Shown here piece by piece: positions 10,698-20,723 of a stretch of DNA of 64,000 bases (the stretch's first letter is position 1; each line of letters begins with the position of its first letter). The position numbers and the translations under genes are program-made. The DNA is from an uncultured Acidobacteriota bacterium. Its GTDB lineage: Bacteria; Acidobacteriota; Thermoanaerobaculia; Gp7-AA8. Location of the stretch: positions 448,001-512,000 of the forward strand of contig CAVUKB010000006.1 of the NCBI GenBank assembly GCA_963741955.1. The letters are read 5' to 3'. The notes below the pieces were generated by a model that was given only the letters and a program-made list of their open reading frames with translations, made no database searches and was not told the DNA's origin.

Positions 10698-13085
10698 TCA
10701 GGATTCCCTTTCGCCCTTCATCCCGTTCGAGCTCGCGAGCGCGATCCGGATTTCCTCGAAGAGATCTCCGGCCTCGTAAGGCTTCTGGCGATACCGCGTC
10801 CGGCCGTCGCGCAGCAGTGGATCGAATCGACTCGACTCGCCAAATCCCGAAGAGATCAGAATCGGTATCGACGGGAGACGCCTCCGGATCTCCCCGTGCG
10901 CGACGTCCCCGCTCATCTCCGGCATTCCCAGATCGAGAATGATCATGTCCGGACGGAATCCACTGTCGAGGAGAGCGATCGCTTTCCGGCCGCGGTCCAC
11001 GACCCGGACGCTCGCGCCTTCGATCTCCAGCAGCGACTTCATTCCCGAGGTCACCTCGGTCTCGTCGTCCACGATCAGGATCTGAACGCCTTTCATCGAC
11101 TCCGCTGCGGAAGTCTCCACATCCCGTCCCGGCGCAGGTCCGGCCGAGGCTCGCGGAAAAGCCACTGCGAACGTGGTTCCTTCGCCCGGCGCGGATTCGA
11201 CGAAGACGCGGGCCCCATGCTGCTCCGCAATCCGGTGAACGACCGAGAGACCGAGTCCCACGCCCTTCCCGAGCTCCTTGGTGGTGAAGAACGGATCGAA
11301 AATGCTCTGGATCGCTTTCGAGTCGATGCCGATCCCCGTATCGCGGAGCTCGAGAACGACGTACTCTCCTCCGGGAAGTCCCCAGCGCGCGATCTCCGCG
11401 GCGCCCGCGACACGGGAGCCGAGCCGGAGAACCCCTCCCTTCGGCATCGCGTCGCGCGCGTTGATCGCGAGATTCAGAAGAAGCTGCCCCACCTGAGCCG
11501 GATCTGCTTCGATCGAGAGCGGCTGGGGATGCTGCACCACGACCTCGATCCCGGGAGGAATCGCCGGCCGGATCAGCTTCAACTGATAGTCAATCAGCTC
11601 TCCGAGCTCGAAGATCCGCTTCTCCGGCTTTCTCGGCTGCGCGAAGTCGAGAAGCTGGCGGGTCACGTCCCTGGCGCGGTGCACCGCCCGCCGGATGTGG
11701 TCCGTCGCGTTCTGGATCGCCGGCTCCTCTGGATACTTCCGCCGGAGGAGATCGGCCCAGGGGAGCGCCGCCATCAGCGTATTGTTGAAATCGTGCGCGA
11801 TGCCCGATGCCATCTGCCCGAGTGCCTGGAGCTTCTGGGCCTGCGCGAGCGACCTTTCGAGCTGCCTGGTGAAAACTTCCGGCCTGAGGTCCCGAAACGA
11901 GACCAGAAACATCGGCTCACCGGACTTTTCGAGAATCGAGGCGCGGACATCGGCAGGGATCCGCTCTCCCGACGCCGCGACGAGCGTGACCTGACGGGAG
12001 CTCGTGGCCGCCTCCTCGCAGATCCGGTCGAGGAGCTCGTCGTTCCCGGATTCGACGATGTCTGCGAACCGAAGCCCGACGAGATTGAGCCGCGGCCGGC
12101 CGATCATCCCGGCGAACGCAGGGTTGACTTCGACGACCTTCCCGGACGCCTTGTCACAGACGATGTGCGGCTCGGCACCGAGCTCGAAAATCCGGCGGTA
12201 TCGCTCCTCGGCGCTCTTCTGCCTCGTCGTGTCGCGAAGAAATGCGATCAGTGCGTCCGTCGATCCGAATCGATGACTTCCCAGTCTCACCGCCAGCTCG
12301 ACCCGTTCGCCGTTCGGTCGCTCGATCACCGTCTCGTACTCCTCCACCTGCTCCGGCTCCATCGACGAAAGATTCTCGAGCTTCCTTCGAGCGGGTTGGC
12401 GCTGTTCCGCCGGGCGAAGGTCGGGAGTGGTCATCTCGATCAGTTCTTCATGAGTGCGTCCGGTCAGCCGCTCGAATGCGGGATTGCAGTCGAGAATCTT
12501 TCCGGTGTGCCGCTCGAGGATGGCAATCGGTTCGAGCGAGCGCTCGAAGAGAAGAGCGTAACGCTCCGAACGGTCTTCGATCGCGCTCACGTCCCGACCG
12601 TTCACGAGGATGTGCGGAACGCCTCCGAAGATCACCGGGTGGGCGCGGAATCCGAAGGGAAAGACCCGTCCGGTCACGGAGCGGAATCGCACCGCTCCCC
12701 GCGAGCTCTCTCCTCGCCGTTCGGCGGCTTCGAACTTCTGCCGCAGCACTTCTCGCGAGTCGTCGATGCAGAAGTCGACCAGATTCGTCCCCGCCAGGGC
12801 CTCCCGGGTGGAGTTCATCTCCTTCGCAGCGGCCGGGTTCGCATCGACGATCGTTCCGTCACCCAGGATCAACAGCATCGGGCTTTCGAGCTCCTGAAAG
12901 AGGAGCCTCCACCTCTGCTCCGATTCACTCTGCTCGTCGAGCTGCTGTCGGAGAACCGCGAGCTGACGGCGCAGCTCCGCGATCTCCTCCGAGAGACGGT
13001 CCGGTTCATCTTTCGCGTTCATGATCTGCGGGGGATCGGAAGGAAACTCGTTCCGCTTCCCCGAGCGTGGGTCCATCCGTGGCAC
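10698..13085 (-). CDS. Hybrid PAS sensor histidine kinase with C-terminal receiver (start may be 13022)
   Basis: Three PAS-like repeats; GIAHDFNN H-box; NLAINARDAM, DTGIGI, PFFTTK, GVGLGLS; receiver LDLGMP. Confidence 0.93.
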   Translation of the reverse strand: MPRMDPRSGKRNEFPSDPPQIMNAKDEPDRLSEEIAELRRQLAVLRQQLDEQSESEQRWRLLFQELESPMLLILGDGTIVDANPAAAKEMNSTREALAGTNLVDFCIDDSREVLRQKFEAAERRGESSRGAVRFRSVTGRVFPFGFRAHPVIFGGVPHILVNGRDVSAIEDRSERYALLFERSLEPIAILERHTGKILDCNPAFERLTGRTHEELIEMTTPDLRPAEQRQPARRKLENLSSMEPEQVEEYETVIERPNGERVELAVRLGSHRFGSTDALIAFLRDTTRQKSAEERYRRIFELGAEPHIVCDKASGKVVEVNPAFAGMIGRPRLNLVGLRFADIVESGNDELLDRICEEAATSSRQVTLVAASGERIPADVRASILEKSGEPMFLVSFRDLRPEVFTRQLERSLAQAQKLQALGQMASGIAHDFNNTLMAALPWADLLRRKYPEEPAIQNATDHIRRAVHRARDVTRQLLDFAQPRKPEKRIFELGELIDYQLKLIRPAIPPGIEVVVQHPQPLSIEADPAQVGQLLLNLAINARDAMPKGGVLRLGSRVAGAAEIARWGLPGGEYVVLELRDTGIGIDSKAIQSIFDPFFTTKELGKGVGLGLSVVHRIAEQHGARVFVESAPGEGTTFAVAFPRASAGPAPGRDVETSAAESMKGVQILIVDDETEVTSGMKSLLEIEGASVRVVDRGRKAIALLDSGFRPDMIILDLGMPEMSGDVAHGEIRRRLPSIPILISSGFGESSRFDPLLRDGRTRYRQKPYEAGDLFEEIRIALASSNGMKGERES

Positions 13086-13221
13086 AGTTTTGATACAGCC
13101 ACCGTCAGCCGCCGGGTCGGAACCGCTGGTAAACCCGAGGCAGCCTCGATCTTTCTTTTCGGCTACCGAAGGGAATCAACAGATGGTACCATCGGGTTCC
13201 CGGTGACGCGGCACTTTTCGT

Positions 13222-13298
13222 CGGGCAGTAGCGCAGCCTGGTAGCGCACCTGAATGGGGTTCAGGTGGTCGGGAGTTCAAATCTCCCCTGCCCGACCA
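13222..13298 (+). tRNA. tRNA-Pro(GGG)
   Basis: CGGGCAGTAGCGCAGCCTGGTAGCGCACCTGAATGGGGTTCAGGTGGTCGGGAGTTCAAATCTCCCCTGCCCGACCA; cloverleaf, encoded CCA. Confidence 0.97.
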
Positions 13299-13462
13299 AA
13301 CCGCCGCGTCTCACCCTACCCTTCACGAATCACGCCCGCCCGCGACGCGCAGATCCGCTGATCCGCCGCACTCATCGCACTCGCTGCGAAACTCTCCGCA
13401 GGAATTTTGTCCCTCCACTTCGACTCAATAGAGACAACCGCGCGCAGCGAAAGGAGCCTCCG

Positions 13463-13771
13463 TTGGAAGAGAAAGACTCTCAGTCCATCCGCATCCGTCT
13501 CGACGACCCCGTCGCAAACGGTGAGTACGTGAACTTCGCGAACATCATCCACTCGCCGAGCGAGTTCGTGATCGACTTCGGCCGGGCCGTTCCGGGACGA
13601 GCGGAGATCCGGATCCACAGCCGGGTGATCATGACTCCACTCCACGCGAAACAGATGCTCGACGCGCTCGCACAGAACGTGGCCATCTTCGAACAGAAGT
13701 ACGGCCCGATCCGCACCGAACCGGGTATCGGCTCCTATTCCTCCCCCTCGGGCTCGGATCAGTCGAACTGA
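13463..13771 (+). CDS. DUF3467 family protein
   Basis: AAGGAG RBS then TTG; YVNFANIIHSPSEFVIDFG...RVIMTPLHAKQMLDALAQNVAIFEQKYGPI. Confidence 0.85.
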   Translation: MEEKDSQSIRIRLDDPVANGEYVNFANIIHSPSEFVIDFGRAVPGRAEIRIHSRVIMTPLHAKQMLDALAQNVAIFEQKYGPIRTEPGIGSYSSPSGSDQSN

Positions 13772-13790
13772 CACTCCGGACCGGACCCTC

Positions 13791-15092
13791 ATGGCGAACG
13801 TAAGAATCATCGGCGCCGGCCTTGCAGGCTCCGAGTGCGCGTTTCAGCTCGCGCGCCGCGGCCACACCGTGGAGCTCTGCGAGATGCGGCCCGAGAAGCG
13901 CTCGGCAGCCCACAAGAGCGGCGATCTCGCGGAGCTCGTCTGCTCCAACTCGTTCCGTTCCAACGCTCCGACGAATGCGGTGGGGCTCCTGAAACGGGAG
14001 ATGGAGATTCTCGGCTCGCTCATCATGCAGTGCGGCACGATCGCGCGCGTTCCTGCAGGAGACGCGTTCGCCGTCGACCGCGAGATCTTTTCGCGGGAGG
14101 TCACCCGTGCGATCGGAAATGAGGATCGGATCACCCTCCGTCGCACCGAGATCCCGGACCTCTCGATGGATGGATTCGATTTTCTCGTCGTGGCGACCGG
14201 TCCACTGACCAGCGACGCTCTTTTCACTGCGATCGGCTCGATCCTCGGCAACGACGGGCTCTACTTCTACGACGCGATCGCGCCGATCATCACTGCCGAC
14301 TCGATCGATATGTCGAAGCTCTACTGGAAGTCGCGCTACGACAAGGGAGCCAGCAGCGATTACCTCAACGCACCCATGAGCGAGGAAGAGTATCGCCGCT
14401 TCATCGATGCACTCCTCGGGGCCGAGATCTACCCGCTTCACGATTTCGAGAATGCCGCCCACTTCGAGGGATGTCTCCCGATCGAAGAGATGGCCGCGCG
14501 GGGAATCGAGACGCTGCGCTTCGGACCGATGAAGCCTGTTGGTCTCGAGCATCCGGTGACCGGCGAGCGCCCTCACGCCGTGGTTCAGCTCCGGAAGGAA
14601 GATCTTTCCGACGAGCACTTCAACCTGGTCGGATTCCAGACCAAGATGAAGATCGGCGAGCAGAAGCGAGTCCTCTCGATGATTCCGGGGCTCGAGAACG
14701 CAGCTTTCGCTCGCTGGGGATCGATGCACCGGAACACGTTCATCAACGGACCGAAACACCTGACCCCGACTTTCCAGCTCCGTCACGACGCGCGGATTTT
14801 TTTCGCGGGACAGATCAGCGGGGTGGAAGGCTACGTCGAATCCGCCGCGACCGGTCTTCTCGTCGGCCGGTATGTCGACCACATCGCGAAGGGAGAGCCG
14901 GCCGAACCGCTTCCTTACCACACGGCCCTGGGCGCGCTCGGACGTCACGTCGCGGAGTCGTCGCCCGAGCGTTATCAGCCGTCGAACGTCACCTGGGGCC
15001 TGATCGAAGACGTGATCGGCAAAGGGAAGAAAGCGGTTCGCAGAGAAGCCCAGGTCGAGAGAAGCATCGATTATCTGAGATCTATTATCTGA
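13791..15092 (+). CDS. trmFO: Methylenetetrahydrofolate--tRNA-(uracil-5-)-methyltransferase TrmFO
   Basis: IGAGLAGSEC, AELVCSNSFRS, YFYDAIAPI, FEGCLPIE, GPMKPVGL, FAGQISGVEGYVESAA. Confidence 0.97.
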   Translation: MANVRIIGAGLAGSECAFQLARRGHTVELCEMRPEKRSAAHKSGDLAELVCSNSFRSNAPTNAVGLLKREMEILGSLIMQCGTIARVPAGDAFAVDREIFSREVTRAIGNEDRITLRRTEIPDLSMDGFDFLVVATGPLTSDALFTAIGSILGNDGLYFYDAIAPIITADSIDMSKLYWKSRYDKGASSDYLNAPMSEEEYRRFIDALLGAEIYPLHDFENAAHFEGCLPIEEMAARGIETLRFGPMKPVGLEHPVTGERPHAVVQLRKEDLSDEHFNLVGFQTKMKIGEQKRVLSMIPGLENAAFARWGSMHRNTFINGPKHLTPTFQLRHDARIFFAGQISGVEGYVESAATGLLVGRYVDHIAKGEPAEPLPYHTALGALGRHVAESSPERYQPSNVTWGLIEDVIGKGKKAVRREAQVERSIDYLRSII

Positions 15093-15225
15093 TATCTGTT
15101 ATCTGTTGTCTGTTATCTGTTGTCTGTTATCTGTCTTGATATCTGATCTCATTATCACTACGGGGCATACAATCCGAAGATCAGATACCAGATAATAGAT
15201 AATAGATAATAGATAATAGATAAAT
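15071..15225. repeat. Inverted pair of AT-rich heptamer tracts (TTATCTG / TAGATAA)
   Basis: ttatctg/ttgtctg tract facing cagataa/tagataa tract between convergent genes. Confidence 0.8.
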
Positions 15226-15233
15226 TGATGTTC

Positions 15234-17552
15234 CTAAGCTGGCTGCGCCTGAGCGGAAGATTTCGCGGAATCGGCCATGATCCGCTCGACCGGAAGGCCG
15301 AAGTGGAACGTGGTCCCTTCACCCTGCCGACTCTCGACCCAGATCGAGCCGTCGTGTCGTTCGACGATCTGCTTCGCGATGTAGAGCCCGAGCCCGAGTC
15401 CACCGTAGTTGGAGACGGAAACGTCGCGGCCGCGGTGGAAGCGTTCAAACACCTGATTGAGCTCGTCGGCCGGAATGCCGATGCCGTGGTCGGAGATCGA
15501 GGTCACCACGCGGTCGCCCTCGTTCCTGACCCGAACTTCGACTCCGCTGCCGTCCGGTGAGTACTTGACCGCGTTCTCGAGAAGGTTTCCCAGGACCTGC
15601 TCGAGGCGGTCGCGGTCCCCGGCGATGCGGATTTCCTTCTCCGGCTGGTCGAGCTCGATGGTGCGGTCGGCGAACGCCGCATGGTGGCGTTTGACGATGT
15701 TCTCGACGAACTCTTTCCACTCGATCGGTTCGCGGCGGATCTCCAGTCTCCCCGTTTCGATTCGTGAAACGTCGAGCAGCTCGAGGATCAGGCGCGACAT
15801 GCGGTCGATCTGGTCGAGCGCAACGTCGAGGTACTCTCCGGCCGGAGGAAGGTCTTCTTCGGCGATCAGTGCCTTCGCCAGCTGGGTGTAGCCTTTGATC
15901 GACGTGACCGGGGTGCGGAGCTCGTGGGAAGCGATGGAGAGGAACTCGTCCTTGAGGCGCGAGAGATCTTCCATCTTGCGCCGGGCTTCCACCTGTTCCG
16001 CGTACAGCATGGTGTTCTCGATCGCGACTGCGGCACGTTCGGTCATCAGCTCCGCGAGAGGGAGCTTCTGGTCCGTCATCTGCCGGTCCGGATCGTTCGC
16101 GGCGATCACCAGGGCGCCGAGAATCTCGCGCCGCGTCCGGAGCGGGAGGACCAGGAGTGAAGAGAGCTTCATCTGCACCGGGTGATACGAGGCCGCGTCC
16201 GTCGCCGTCATCGGACCCTGCCCCTCGAAATTCGTCAGCAGCGCCGGATAGCCGGTACTGGCGACCTGGCCGATCAACCCCTCGCCAACGACCAGCGGCT
16301 GCCGGTAGATGAAGGCCCAGGCGAGTCCGAGCGAGGCCATGTCGCGATGGTAGATGGACGCGACGCGAAGCTCGTTCGACCCGGGAGTCTTGAGCACCAC
16401 CGCAGCCCAATCGCCCAGAACTTCCGCAACGCGCTCGGCGATGGCCTGAGTCACCCAGCCGGGGTCGATGGTGCTGGAGAAGAACGCACCCGCATCCGCG
16501 AGGATCAGGGCGCGCTCGGCCTGGCTCTGCATCTCCTCTTCCAGGCGCCGTCGCTCCGTCACGTCGCGGAAGCTGACGATGACGCCGGTCACCGCACCCT
16601 CTTCCTTCAGAGGAACCGCATTCATGGAGACGGTGACCTCTTTTCCTTCGCCTCGATCGATCGCGACGAGGGCGTCGCGTACCGGTTTTCCGCTGCCGAG
16701 CGCCTGAGCCGCAGGAATCTCGCCGGTCTCGAGTGGTTTTCCGTCCGTGGAACGGAATCGGTAGACGGCGGCCTGCTCCTCGATCGGAGTTCCGATGGTG
16801 GAGTTGTCGAGCAGACGCACTCCCGCCGGGTTGATGAAGACGACACACCCCTGGTGGTCGACCAGCATGACCCCGTCACCCATCCCCGCGACGATCGCCT
16901 CGGTGCGACGCACCTGCCGGGAGAGAGACTCCTCGAGCGAGCGCTCGATCCGCAACACGGCGAAGACACCGACGAAAAGGATCGCCACGCTGACGATGAT
17001 CAGGAGGAATGTGACCGCGAGCCGCAGGCCGTCGAGCTCGGCCTCGTCACGCCCGCGCTGGACGCTCTCTTTTTCCGCAAATGCTCCTGCGAAATCGTAC
17101 GCGGAACGGCGTATTCGCGCCGCCTCCAGCATCGTGTCGATCGCCGGCCCGGTGTTCCCGCTCTTCGAGAGAGAGATCTCCTCGTCCGAGAGCTCCTTGA
17201 GCTTCTGGAAGTGGTCCCGCATCCCGTTCACCAGAGCGCTGTCGCGCGGCTCGGTCGCGAGGGTCGCCGCCGCGGTCGCAGTCGACTCGAACTCCCGGAT
17301 CGCATCGTCGTACTGCGAGAGGAACTGCGTCTGGCGGGTCATGGTGTACCCGCGGGCGGCCGCCAGCATCGAGCTGACCGAGCCATCCATCTTCATGATC
17401 GCCTCCAGCAGAGGCTCGTAGACCTGAATGACCCTCGAGTATTGCCGCTTTTCCTGCTGGAGAACGATGATGTTCATCGTCGCCGCCAGGGTGACGAAGA
17501 CGAAGAGGGTGCCAAAGGCAGCCCAGAGAGTCTGTCGGGTGGTGCGGGTCAT
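15234..17552 (-). CDS. Membrane sensor histidine kinase (CHASE3-like, PAS, GAF)
   Basis: Two TM helices around RGY...FLSQY segment; PAS, GAF; FLSIASHELRTP, NLLENAVKYS, DHGIGI, GLGLGL. Confidence 0.92.
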   Translation of the reverse strand: MTRTTRQTLWAAFGTLFVFVTLAATMNIIVLQQEKRQYSRVIQVYEPLLEAIMKMDGSVSSMLAAARGYTMTRQTQFLSQYDDAIREFESTATAAATLATEPRDSALVNGMRDHFQKLKELSDEEISLSKSGNTGPAIDTMLEAARIRRSAYDFAGAFAEKESVQRGRDEAELDGLRLAVTFLLIIVSVAILFVGVFAVLRIERSLEESLSRQVRRTEAIVAGMGDGVMLVDHQGCVVFINPAGVRLLDNSTIGTPIEEQAAVYRFRSTDGKPLETGEIPAAQALGSGKPVRDALVAIDRGEGKEVTVSMNAVPLKEEGAVTGVIVSFRDVTERRRLEEEMQSQAERALILADAGAFFSSTIDPGWVTQAIAERVAEVLGDWAAVVLKTPGSNELRVASIYHRDMASLGLAWAFIYRQPLVVGEGLIGQVASTGYPALLTNFEGQGPMTATDAASYHPVQMKLSSLLVLPLRTRREILGALVIAANDPDRQMTDQKLPLAELMTERAAVAIENTMLYAEQVEARRKMEDLSRLKDEFLSIASHELRTPVTSIKGYTQLAKALIAEEDLPPAGEYLDVALDQIDRMSRLILELLDVSRIETGRLEIRREPIEWKEFVENIVKRHHAAFADRTIELDQPEKEIRIAGDRDRLEQVLGNLLENAVKYSPDGSGVEVRVRNEGDRVVTSISDHGIGIPADELNQVFERFHRGRDVSVSNYGGLGLGLYIAKQIVERHDGSIWVESRQGEGTTFHFGLPVERIMADSAKSSAQAQPA

Positions 17553-17678
17553 CGGCTCGGTTCCGCTGTCGGGCGCCTACGGGCCGATGCAAAGCTCCTG
17601 CCCTTATTGCCCGGATCCCCGCGCCACCGCGTACTGGAATGCCGGATGCAAGAAAAGCCCGCCACCGGAGGCTCAGTC

Positions 17679-18560
17679 ATGGCTCTCAGACCGACCCGTT
17701 CCGCCACCATCACCTTCGGACTGGTTTCCATCCCGGTCCGTTTCTACACTGCCACCCGGCAGGAGGACATCTCGTTCAACCTCCTCCACCAGGAGTGCGG
17801 AACCCGGGTCAACCGCAAATGGTGGTGCGCTCAACACGAGAGGATCGTCGACAACGACGATCTGATCCGCGGCTACGAGATCAGCAAGGGACGATACGTG
17901 ACCTTCTCCGACGAGGAGCTCAAAGCGCTCGAGAGCGGGGGCGACCGTGCTCTCGAGATCACGGAGTTCGTCTCCCTGGACCAGGTCGATCCCGTTTTCT
18001 TCGAAAAATCCTACTTCCTCGGGCCTGCAGACGGTGCGAGCAGGACGTACGCGCTACTGGCGACCGCATTGCGTGACGAAGGTAAAGTGGCCCTCGCCCG
18101 ATGGGTGCACTCCAATCGCGAGCAGCTCGTCCTCCTCCGTCCGTACGAGAACGGCCTGATTCTTCACACCATGTACTACGCAGATGAAGTACGGGACTTC
18201 GGACGGCTCGAGATCCCCGAGACCGAGGTGCGCGAGAAGGAGCTCCGTCTCGCCACCATGCTGATCGGAGAGCTGACCGAGAAGGAATTCGATCCGCTTC
18301 GCTACCACGACGAGTATCGAGCACGGGTGCTGGAGCAGATCGAGGCGAAAGCCGCCGGGCAGGAGATCATCACGCAACCCCAGGAGGCCGAAAAAGTGGC
18401 TGACGTCGTCGACATCATGGAAGCACTGCGCAGGAGTCTCGGAGAAGCGAAACCGGAAGGACGCCGCGGCGCGAAACGCGCTCCGTCGCGCAAACGCAGT
18501 AAGACGGAGAAACCCGAAACGGCGAAGAAAGGCGGCCGCACCGGCCGGAAGATCTCGTGA
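17679..18560 (+). CDS. ku: Non-homologous end-joining protein Ku
   Basis: ATITFGLVSIPV, FNLLHQECG, RGYE, DPVFFEKSYFLGP, YHDEYR, VVDIMEALRRS, basic tail. Confidence 0.95.
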   Translation: MALRPTRSATITFGLVSIPVRFYTATRQEDISFNLLHQECGTRVNRKWWCAQHERIVDNDDLIRGYEISKGRYVTFSDEELKALESGGDRALEITEFVSLDQVDPVFFEKSYFLGPADGASRTYALLATALRDEGKVALARWVHSNREQLVLLRPYENGLILHTMYYADEVRDFGRLEIPETEVREKELRLATMLIGELTEKEFDPLRYHDEYRARVLEQIEAKAAGQEIITQPQEAEKVADVVDIMEALRRSLGEAKPEGRRGAKRAPSRKRSKTEKPETAKKGGRTGRKIS

Positions 18561-19261
18561 CGAAAGGAACTCTGGAGCGCTACCGCTCCATGCGGAACTT
18601 CGGCGAGACCCCCGAGCCTGCGGGAAAGAAAAAGAAGCCCGCGAAGAAGTCCATCTTCGTGATCCAGAAGCATCAGGCTTCCCATCTCCATTACGACTTC
18701 CGCCTGGAGATGGAAGGCGTGCTCAAATCATGGGCCGTTCCGAAAGGGCCGTCGTACGACCCCGCGACGAAGCGTCTCGCGATGATGACCGAAGATCATC
18801 CGTACGATTACGCATCGTTCGAGGGAGTCATCCCGGAAGGAAACTACGGAGCCGGGAACGTGATCATCTGGGACCAGGGGACGTGGGAACCGCTCGAAGA
18901 GAGTGCGGACCCTGCTGCGGCCCTGGAGAAGGGAAAACTCGCGTTCCGTCTGAAGGGGAAGAAGATGTTCGGGGAGTGGGCGCTGGTGAAACTGCACGGA
19001 AGCTCGCGGAAAGGGAACGAGTGGCTTCTGATCAAGCACCGCGACGAATTCGCGAATGCCGATTTCGACGTGACGCGAGAGGCACCTCGCTCGGTCGTCT
19101 CGAAGCGTGCGGTCGACGAGGTCGGATCCGGACGTCAGTGGGAGAGCAACCGGAAGTCCGCACCGCGAAAAGCACGCACGGTGGCGGATACCTTGCGCGA
19201 GAAGAAAGCACCGTCGTCGCGCGGTGCGAAGCGGGGGGGTGGGAGGAAGCGGTCGTCGTGA
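18557..19261 (+). CDS. LigD 3'-phosphoesterase domain protein (stand-alone)
   Basis: YRSMRNFGETPEP, FVIQKHQASHLHYDFRLE, SWAVPKGPS, TEDHP, YGAGNVIIWDQG; overlaps ku stop. Confidence 0.92.
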   Translation: MTKGTLERYRSMRNFGETPEPAGKKKKPAKKSIFVIQKHQASHLHYDFRLEMEGVLKSWAVPKGPSYDPATKRLAMMTEDHPYDYASFEGVIPEGNYGAGNVIIWDQGTWEPLEESADPAAALEKGKLAFRLKGKKMFGEWALVKLHGSSRKGNEWLLIKHRDEFANADFDVTREAPRSVVSKRAVDEVGSGRQWESNRKSAPRKARTVADTLREKKAPSSRGAKRGGGRKRSS

Positions 19262-19446
19262 GATTTGCCCGATTTCACGATTTGCACGATTTGCGCGATT
19301 TGCGCGATTTGATTTGTTGATTTGCGTGAGCTGCGAGACTCGATTTGGACGACTTGCGTGAGCTGCCGGTTGCTCGCCTCTCCGCACCGAGTCACGACGA
19401 TGGAGGAGTCGTGCGATTCGCGCAATTCGCGCAATCGCGCAAATCC
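19262..19446. repeat. Inverted nonamer tracts (GATTTGCGC / GCGCAAATC), repeat family B core
   Basis: gatttgcacgatttgcgcgatttgcgcgattt facing cgcgcaattcgcgcaatcgcgcaaatc. Confidence 0.75.
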
Positions 19447-19447
19447 C

Positions 19448-19882
19448 CTACCCCTTCCAGCTCTCCTTCGCCTCCACGAGGAGCTTCCGCTCCGACTCGA
19501 AGCTCGCCAGCCGGATGCCTTCGTCGATCTCGAACCACACCGCGTCGTCGACTTCGCTCAGCTGCGGACGGATCTCTCCCGCGAGGTAATCCATGAGAAA
19601 GAAATCGACCTGCTTCCTGATCAGGCCGTCACCCGCGCGAAAGAAATACTCGATCGTGTCCAGGAGTCGGATGGAGCGAGCTTCGAGGCCGGTCTCCTCC
19701 TGCACCTCGCGGACGGCCGCCTGTTCCGGCGTTTCACCCTTGCTGACCGCTCCTTTCGGAAGGCCCCAGCGGGTTCTTCCGCGGGTCGCGATCATGGCGA
19801 CGCGCAACGCGCCATCCACCTCGTCGAGGACCACTCCTCCGGCCGAATGCTCGTAGCGGATGCGTCTTTTCGAGTCGGCCAT
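19448..19882 (-). CDS. NUDIX hydrolase
   Basis: HSAGGVV; WGLPKGAVSKGETPEQAAVREVQEETGL Nudix box. Confidence 0.93.
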   Translation of the reverse strand: MADSKRRIRYEHSAGGVVLDEVDGALRVAMIATRGRTRWGLPKGAVSKGETPEQAAVREVQEETGLEARSIRLLDTIEYFFRAGDGLIRKQVDFFLMDYLAGEIRPQLSEVDDAVWFEIDEGIRLASFESERKLLVEAKESWKG

Positions 19883-19993
19883 TCCTGCATTGTACCCTGC
19901 CGGAGCGTCCGGTCTCCCCGCCGGCTTGCATGGACGGGCGGAGATTTTCGGCGTACATTGAATGTATCGACAACTCGGAGCGAAGGAGGGAAC

Positions 19994-20428
19994 ATGCCCT
20001 GGCTAGGTGCATTGACCGCCGCAGGTATCGTCGTCGCAGGCATCCTGGTTTGGCTCCTGGTGAAAATGTTCACCAAGGACCATCTGGATGAGATCCTCAC
20101 CAAACACAAGGCCGACGCGAAAATCTTCGGCCGCGCGGAGCTCGTTGAAGGTCGTGACCACATTCCGGTCGCGCTGGCGCTCTGCGGAGACGTCTTCTAT
20201 TACGAGAATCCCGACCTCCAGGCGAGGCTCGAGCTCGAGCGTGTGGACGAAGTGGAGTATGGAAACACTCTCGTGATCGGCCAGGAAGTCGCGGACGGCA
20301 GCGTGCTGCGGCTTCGCGCGCACGGTGCCGCGTTCGAGTTCCTTCTGTCGAAGGACGAGACCGCACGGTGGCAGAAGGTGCTCCCGGCGCGGATGATCAG
20401 CAACAGTCCGGTGCGCGCGCAGGCATAG
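19994..20428 (+). CDS. Hypothetical membrane-anchored protein
   Basis: AAGGAGG RBS; N-terminal TM helix MPWLGALTAAGIVVAGILVWLLV. Confidence 0.7.
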   Translation: MPWLGALTAAGIVVAGILVWLLVKMFTKDHLDEILTKHKADAKIFGRAELVEGRDHIPVALALCGDVFYYENPDLQARLELERVDEVEYGNTLVIGQEVADGSVLRLRAHGAAFEFLLSKDETARWQKVLPARMISNSPVRAQA

Positions 20429-20673
20429 CCGCATCTCGATAGAGCGACGTCGGAGGCCGGGGTGACGCTCGGCTGCCGGCCCGCGCGCGCCTGACGAGCA
20501 ACTCACGCGTGCGGATCCGCCGATCCGCCCCGTGCGTCCCGCCGCCGCCCGTCATCGAATGGTCCCCGACCTGCGACCCCGGCTTCGCGTGTCACCGCTT
20601 TTCCTCCCTCTTTCGCGCACCACGCGATCCTTCTCCGATTGTGAACAGCTCCCTCCCCGGATCTGGTGCACAC

Positions 20674-20701
20674 AAAAAAAGGGCGCCCATGCGGGCGCCC
20701 T
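20674..20701 (-). terminator. Intrinsic terminator for minus-strand gene ending at 20724
   Basis: GGGCGCCC-4nt-GGGCGCCC hairpin followed by T7 on the minus strand. Confidence 0.8.
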
Positions 20702-20723
20702 CGAGGAGTCGGCGGAGGGAGTT

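Noticed and set aside
10896-13244. Long antisense ORFs (also 36045-38402, 41592-43778, 5' part of 16182-18560)
   Set aside because: Shadow frames of GC-rich genes on the opposite strand with no recognisable motifs
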